The notes under the pieces: generated by a model | What the model was told of the DNA's origin: nothing | Seen by the model: only the letters and a program-made list of their open reading frames with translations | Database searches by the model: none | Shown here: positions 59,494 through 64,000 of the stretch, piece by piece | How positions within the stretch are numbered: the first letter of the stretch is position 1 | How the letters are laid out: every line of letters begins with the position of its first letter | DNA from: Bacteroidota bacterium | Lineage (GTDB): Bacteria; Bacteroidota; Bacteroidia; 2-12-FULL-35-15 | Length of the DNA: 64,000 nucleotides | Assembly: GCA_947504725.1 (NCBI GenBank) | Contig: CANNHN010000001.1 | Coordinates: forward strand, 521,425-585,424 | Direction: 5' to 3' | Translations under genes and position numbers: made by a program

Positions 59494-59841
59494 ATGAAAC
59501 TTGAACATCGAAAACAAAAAGTAGTTCCTTTTACTCGATTTATTATTCGCTTATTGCGTTATTCTTTTTACGCAGTAGTATTAATTACATTTTCAGTATT
59601 ACTTGGTGTGATTGGCTATCATTATGTAGCGGATTTAAATTGGCTAAACAGTTTTCATCAAGCATGCTTAATTTTAACAGGAATGGGACCGGTTGCAGAC
59701 ATGCAAACTTCCGAAGCTAAACTATTTGATTCTTTTTATGCTCTATATAGTGGAGTTGCATTCTTAAGTATTACCGCAGTATTCTTCGCTCCCATTGTTC
59801 ACCGCATCATGCATATTTTGCATGTGGATGATGAAGAATAA
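59494..59841 (+). CDS. hypothetical 2-3-TM membrane protein
   Basis: Starts 2 nt after the hydrolase stop. Hydrophobic helices present. Confidence 0.4.
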   Translation: MKLEHRKQKVVPFTRFIIRLLRYSFYAVVLITFSVLLGVIGYHYVADLNWLNSFHQACLILTGMGPVADMQTSEAKLFDSFYALYSGVAFLSITAVFFAPIVHRIMHILHVDDEE

Positions 59842-59846
59842 ATTTT

Positions 59847-60347
59847 CTATCTTTTAATTTTTTTGTCGTCTGGAATATTTATCATCCCGCAACCATCCAC
59901 TAGCCAATTTTCGTTTTCATTCATCATTTTAATAGTCAATTTAAAATCTGATATGTTTTTCCCTTTAACGATTATAAAATTGGCTTCACTATCAAATGAG
60001 TCAAGTTCAAAACCTTCGTCAGGATAGTCTTGAGCGTCAAAGATTGGGTCAACTCCAAGTCCCATCTCAGGATCAACTTTATTACCTTCCGTAATCATTT
60101 TTTCTAATTCTGTCTTAAAATGATTCGTTGCGAGCTGATTTGAATTTACCCATTCAACAACACTTATTGACTCTTTCAACTTATTACAATTGTCGACATA
60201 AGAATTTATAAATGTTAAGGCATTGTCAACGGCATCGCTTTTCTTATCAATTGTCGATTCTTTTGAAGGTATGTCAGTAGATGTTTTTGTGTCTGAACTA
60301 CAAGCAACGAATAAAAAAAGTGTGGAAATGAGAATGATTTGTTTCAT
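59847..60347 (-). CDS. hypothetical lipoprotein
   Basis: MKQIILISTLFLFVACSSD lipobox. Confidence 0.45.
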   Translation of the reverse strand: MKQIILISTLFLFVACSSDTKTSTDIPSKESTIDKKSDAVDNALTFINSYVDNCNKLKESISVVEWVNSNQLATNHFKTELEKMITEGNKVDPEMGLGVDPIFDAQDYPDEGFELDSFDSEANFIIVKGKNISDFKLTIKMMNENENWLVDGCGMINIPDDKKIKR

Positions 60348-60388
60348 GTTATTGTTTTTTTTAAGACTCAAAATAGCAATGATTCAAT

Positions 60389-61177
60389 TTAATTTTTTGC
60401 AATTGCCTCTTTAAAAAAACTAGCTTTCAAAATTCCTGCAAAAATAACTTCGGGCAAAAGCCATTTGAGTGCTTTAATCATTTTCGCATCTGCTCCTACG
60501 TAATGATGCATTTTATTTGAATGAGCAGCAATCCATACAGCCTGAGCAATTTGATCCGCACTTAACTTAATATCTTTATCCAGCAATTTCATTTCAGCTT
60601 GAGCATTTGTAATCATTGGAGTTCTAACTTAGCTAGGTAAAAGATCCGCTACATGGATACCATATTTTTTGAAAAGCATATTCCATCCCTCCGTCAATGA
60701 CTTTACTGCAGATTTGGTTGCTGCATAAGCGACAATCTCCGGATTTCCAAATAATGAACCTGCTGAACACATATTCACGATGGCTGAATTTTCAGTTTCT
60801 TTAAGCATAGGTAAAGCACAGTAAGTGGAGTTCAGTACACCAATAAAATTAACATCGACTACTAATTTGTGTGTTTCAAGCTGCACCTTTTCAAAACCAT
60901 TCGGGAATAAAACACCTGCATTATTGAATAAAACTGTAAGCTTTCCATTTGTTAGTTTACCAAATTCGTTGAAAGCAAATTGAAGTTGTTCTGGGTTGCG
61001 CACATCTGCTATATGAACTGAACAATTATCTTTGCCTATTTCAGCAGCCAATAAATTCAGGCCATTTAAATCGATGTCTAAAAGACCAACAAACCATCCT
61101 TTTTGGGCAAAAAACAGTGCCGTTGATTTACCAATACCTTTTGCAGAACCTGTGATAAATATAGATTTTTTTGTCAT
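60389..61177 (-). pseudogene. SDR-family oxidoreductase interrupted by an in-frame TAA
   Basis: TGSAKGIGKST cofactor motif, NNAG, and YAATKSAVKSL (YxxxK). The frame then reads ...GIHVADLLPS-TAA-VRTPMITNAQ..., continuing in the same frame through what should be the PG.V.TPM motif. Stop codon at 60629-60631. Confidence 0.65.
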
Positions 61178-61269
61178 AATTGAAATATACTCTTGTAAAA
61201 TTAAAATGCTTTAGACTCTTTTTCGCGCAATATTATGATGAATAGGAATCTCTTATTTAGTTCTTTATA

Positions 61270-63285
61270 TTATTTATCCACAATCACAAACTCTGTTCTT
61301 CTGTTTTTAGCTCTTCCCGCTTCTGTTCCATTATCGGCAATAGGATTTAATGCACCGTAGCCTTTAAAATTAACTAAACGGCTTTCTTCAATCCCCTTTG
61401 ATATTAGCAAATCTCTTACACTAAATGCTCTATCAGTAGAAAGTGCTAAGTTGGATTTTGCATCACCAACATTATCTGTATGACCACGCACTTCAATTTT
61501 CAGTGTAGGATTTAATTTCAAGAAATCTGAGAATTCACTTATTACAACTGCGGAGCTCGGATCTAAGTCAGCTGAGTTTGTTTTATAATAGATGTTGTTT
61601 AACAAATAGGTTTTTCCAACTTGAATGGTATCTACTTGTAAATTACGTTTCACTGGTTTCGCAGCAACAAGGGAATCTTTTTTTACTAGCTGAGAACTGA
61701 AAGCGTAATTGTCTTTTTTAACAGTAATGATTAAATCATTTTTTGTTTTTGTATTAACTACTAAAGCATAATTCCCTGTTATTGTATCCACCATTCCCTC
61801 CGTAACTTTATTAGTCACTACATCTTTTGCTTCCACTTTAAAACCAACAGGAGAGCCTTGTCCAAAATCTTCAATTTTTCCTTTAAAGAAAGCTACTTCA
61901 TCAGGTCGAGCTTCTTTATATAAATCAAAAGAATAAACATCATGTTTACCAACAGATTTACCATTTGCACGAGAAGGTTCATTTGAAGAAAAATAACCTA
62001 AATGTCCGTCTGTACTAACAAAAAAACCTAAGTCGTCACGCGGAGTATTAATAGGAATTCCGATGTTTTTAGGTTCTCCCCATTTTCCATCCTCTCCTTT
62101 TTTAGAAAAGAAAATATCAAATCCACCAACACCTGGATGCCCGTCTGAAGAAAAATAAATGGTTTGAAAATCGGAGTGAATAAATGCAGATTTTTCGTCA
62201 TAACTTGTATTGATGACTGGACCCATGTTTACTGGAGGACTCCAAACGCCAGTTGCAAAATCTTTTACGGTAACATACAAATCAACTCCTCCTCTTCCAC
62301 CTTTTCTATCACTGGCGAAATAAAGGGTTTTACCATCAGATGCAATGCTTGGTTGTGAATCCCAATAAACGGGATCATTAATACCTTCTACTTTTTTGGC
62401 TTCAGTCCATTCACCATTAATATTATCTGAAGTATAAATATCAAAATTCAAAACAGCCCCGCCTTCATCTTTTCCTCTGGTAAAAAAAACATGTTTGTTA
62501 TCAATCGACATAGTTGCTCCACCTTCTGCTCCATCCTTATTGAATGGATAAGGCATACGTTGTCCTTTATTAAATTCACCCGTAGTTTTGCTACGCATTG
62601 CATAACTAAACAATTCCATTTCTTTATCAGTTTCATAAACCATATCCTTATTTACATAAGGTTGTTTACGCGTAAACAACATCATCTCATCATCTGAAGA
62701 AATAATAGGAAGATACTCGTCTTTTTCTGTACAGATACCAGCAACTGGCTTAGGGTCAAATGGAACTTTATTTTTAAACAAATCGCTATAGACTTTTGCA
62801 TAGCGAACCATATCTCGCGCTTGCTTTAAAAGAGCATCATACTCTTTATTAAATTTCTTTTCGTCATCATCCTTAAAATCGATGTACAGTTTAAGATACT
62901 TTGCGCAGTCATCATAATTTTCATCTTCCCATGCAATGAATCCTAAATAATAATAAGGATCAGAATGATATTTAGGACAAATCTCAATTACCTTTTTCAG
63001 ATAAGGCTCAACTGGTTTGTACTTTGCTTCAGCAATGCTAAGTGTTTTTATTCGCTCCATTGCAAAAGCAAAATTGGCATCCACATAATCTGGCTCCCAT
63101 TTCATAGCTTCTTGCAAAAAAATAAGACGTTCCTCTTTTTTGTATTTTTTGTCGATGCCTTGCTCATATAATTTAACAGCTTTCTTATTGTCAATTTCCT
63201 GACATTTCGCTTCGTCTTGTGCATAAGCTTCGAAAGACAAGCAACTGAATAAAATGAATGATAGTGCTTTAATTATTGCTCTCAT
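61270..63285 (-). CDS. OmpA-family protein with TPR-like, TolB/PD40 beta-propeller-like and C-terminal OmpA domains (PorE-like architecture)
   Basis: Signal peptide and N-terminal helical repeats. PD40-like repeats (WSPPVNMGPVINTSYDEKSAF, YFSSD). C-terminal OmpA_C motif NLALSTDRAFSVRDLL...NRRTEFVIV. 671 aa, the size of PorE. Confidence 0.55.
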   Translation of the reverse strand: MRAIIKALSFILFSCLSFEAYAQDEAKCQEIDNKKAVKLYEQGIDKKYKKEERLIFLQEAMKWEPDYVDANFAFAMERIKTLSIAEAKYKPVEPYLKKVIEICPKYHSDPYYYLGFIAWEDENYDDCAKYLKLYIDFKDDDEKKFNKEYDALLKQARDMVRYAKVYSDLFKNKVPFDPKPVAGICTEKDEYLPIISSDDEMMLFTRKQPYVNKDMVYETDKEMELFSYAMRSKTTGEFNKGQRMPYPFNKDGAEGGATMSIDNKHVFFTRGKDEGGAVLNFDIYTSDNINGEWTEAKKVEGINDPVYWDSQPSIASDGKTLYFASDRKGGRGGVDLYVTVKDFATGVWSPPVNMGPVINTSYDEKSAFIHSDFQTIYFSSDGHPGVGGFDIFFSKKGEDGKWGEPKNIGIPINTPRDDLGFFVSTDGHLGYFSSNEPSRANGKSVGKHDVYSFDLYKEARPDEVAFFKGKIEDFGQGSPVGFKVEAKDVVTNKVTEGMVDTITGNYALVVNTKTKNDLIITVKKDNYAFSSQLVKKDSLVAAKPVKRNLQVDTIQVGKTYLLNNIYYKTNSADLDPSSAVVISEFSDFLKLNPTLKIEVRGHTDNVGDAKSNLALSTDRAFSVRDLLISKGIEESRLVNFKGYGALNPIADNGTEAGRAKNRRTEFVIVDK

Positions 63286-63288
63286 TTT

Positions 63289-63320
63289 AATCCCCCTGGC
63301 CCCCTTTTTAAGGGGGAATT
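63289..63320. repeat. GC-rich palindromic 33-bp element, copy 1
   Basis: aatccccctggccccctttttaagggggaatt with two C5 tracts and one G5 tract, self-complementary. Confidence 0.7.
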
Positions 63321-63383
63321 GATTCCGTTTACAAATATTGTTTATCTCACTGAGGGATATTCTGCTTCAAACAATCTTTCATC

Positions 63384-63416
63384 AATCCCCCTAGCCCCCT
63401 TCTCCAAGGGGGAATT
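63384..63416. repeat. GC-rich palindromic 33-bp element, copy 2
   Basis: aatccccctagcccccttctccaagggggaatt, the same unit 95 bp downstream in the same orientation. Confidence 0.7.
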
Positions 63417-63497
63417 AAATCTCTTCAATATAACGAGTAGTCTAAAAAAAGATACAAATACCAAATTCTTGATACCTGATACTTGTGTCTTGATACT

Positions 63498-64000
63498 TTA
63501 TTTCAATTTCTTATCCGATTCTGCTTTTGCATTGACCAAAACTTGATCTGCTTTTTTATTAGCTTCATCCAATATTGCTTGCGCTTGTTTGTCCACTTCT
63601 TTTTTAGCAGCCGGTGCAGCTTGTTTTGCAGCTATTTTAGCAACTGGATTCTTAATTGTTTCAATGTTCTTATCGATGGCTGCATAACCTTCTGCTTTCG
63701 CTTTATCGGACGCCACTTTTGCATCTGCTTTTAATTTATCAGCTTCGGCTTGAGCATCTTTCATAATTTTTTCTGCTTCAAGGCGAGCTTGTTCTTTCGC
63801 CATGTCCATTCCTTGACCGATAATCTCTTTCACTTGTTCTTTCGCACCTTGCTCGGTGTTAAACAAATCTGTTTTTAAAGTCGGTTTGGTTGTCGTTCCT
63901 CCAAATAAAGCTTTAATTTTCACTTTATCACCCAATTTTACATTTGTTCCTGCTTGTGAGTTTAATTGACCTAGTAAACTACCAGCAGCAGCATTGGCTT
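63498..64000 (-). CDS. Lys/Ala-rich hypothetical protein, 5'-partial (continues beyond window end)
   Basis: The frame is open to nt 64000. Low-complexity K/A/E-rich helical sequence. Confidence 0.4.
   Translation of the reverse strand, partial: ANAAAGSLLGQLNSQAGTNVKLGDKVKIKALFGGTTTKPTLKTDLFNTEQGAKEQVKEIIGQGMDMAKEQARLEAEKIMKDAQAEADKLKADAKVASDKAKAEGYAAIDKNIETIKNPVAKIAAKQAAPAAKKEVDKQAQAILDEANKKADQVLVNAKAESDKKLK

Noticed and set aside
63319-63734. ORFs 63319-63546 (+) and 63483-63734 (+)
   Set aside because: The first spans the intergenic GC-rich repeats and the second is antisense to the K/A-rich gene. Both are low complexity and lack start context.

Overview
This 64-kb window is AT-rich (about one-third GC) and almost certainly from a Bacteroidota genome, probably Flavobacteriia- or Cytophagia-like. 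The supporting signals are several proteins with C-terminal type IX secretion system (T9SS) sorting domains, PorT-like and PorE-like genes, recurrent TAnnTTTG promoter -7 boxes, and PadR-PspC and UbiE-PorT gene pairs. Positions 1-18340 form a single same-strand biosynthetic locus of the aryl-polyene / flexirubin type (type II PKS-like pigment pathway). It contains a FabH-like condensing enzyme truncated at the window edge, two hotdog dehydratases, an ABC exporter, a 4HBT thioesterase, two ketosynthase (KS) plus KS-like pairs, an acyl carrier protein (ACP), a polysaccharide deacetylase, a LolA-like carrier, a lipoprotein, a GT2-DUF2062 protein, a 1282-aa MMPL-exporter/PlsC-acyltransferase/SAM-methyltransferase fusion, a CrtI-like FAD oxidoreductase and a YceI protein. 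Downstream come tRNA-Leu(GAG) and mostly housekeeping genes (CoA-transferase, GNAT, PanE, aminotransferase, HldE kinase domain, UbiE, NadC, RlmH, MurQ, fused E1 alpha/beta 2-oxoacid dehydrogenase, P5C dehydrogenase, methylmalonyl-CoA mutase catalytic domain). Interspersed among them are T9SS cargo genes: a GH9 cellulase-like enzyme, two paralogous beta-helix/adhesin-like proteins and a lipase-like alpha/beta hydrolase. There is also a KirBac-like K+ channel with a GFG filter. Non-coding features include a 27-28-bp tandem repeat array upstream of the first KS, a nested GC-rich 57-nt hairpin inside the pigment operon, a pair of GC-rich 33-bp palindromic repeats near the 3' end, several clear intrinsic terminators, and an SDR gene interrupted by an in-frame TAA. 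I saw no transposase, integrase, CRISPR array or rRNA. Nothing here is demonstrably a new defence system. The most unusual items are the triple-fusion exporter/tailoring enzyme and the repeat array in the pigment cluster, the GFG KirBac, and a few unknown-function operons.
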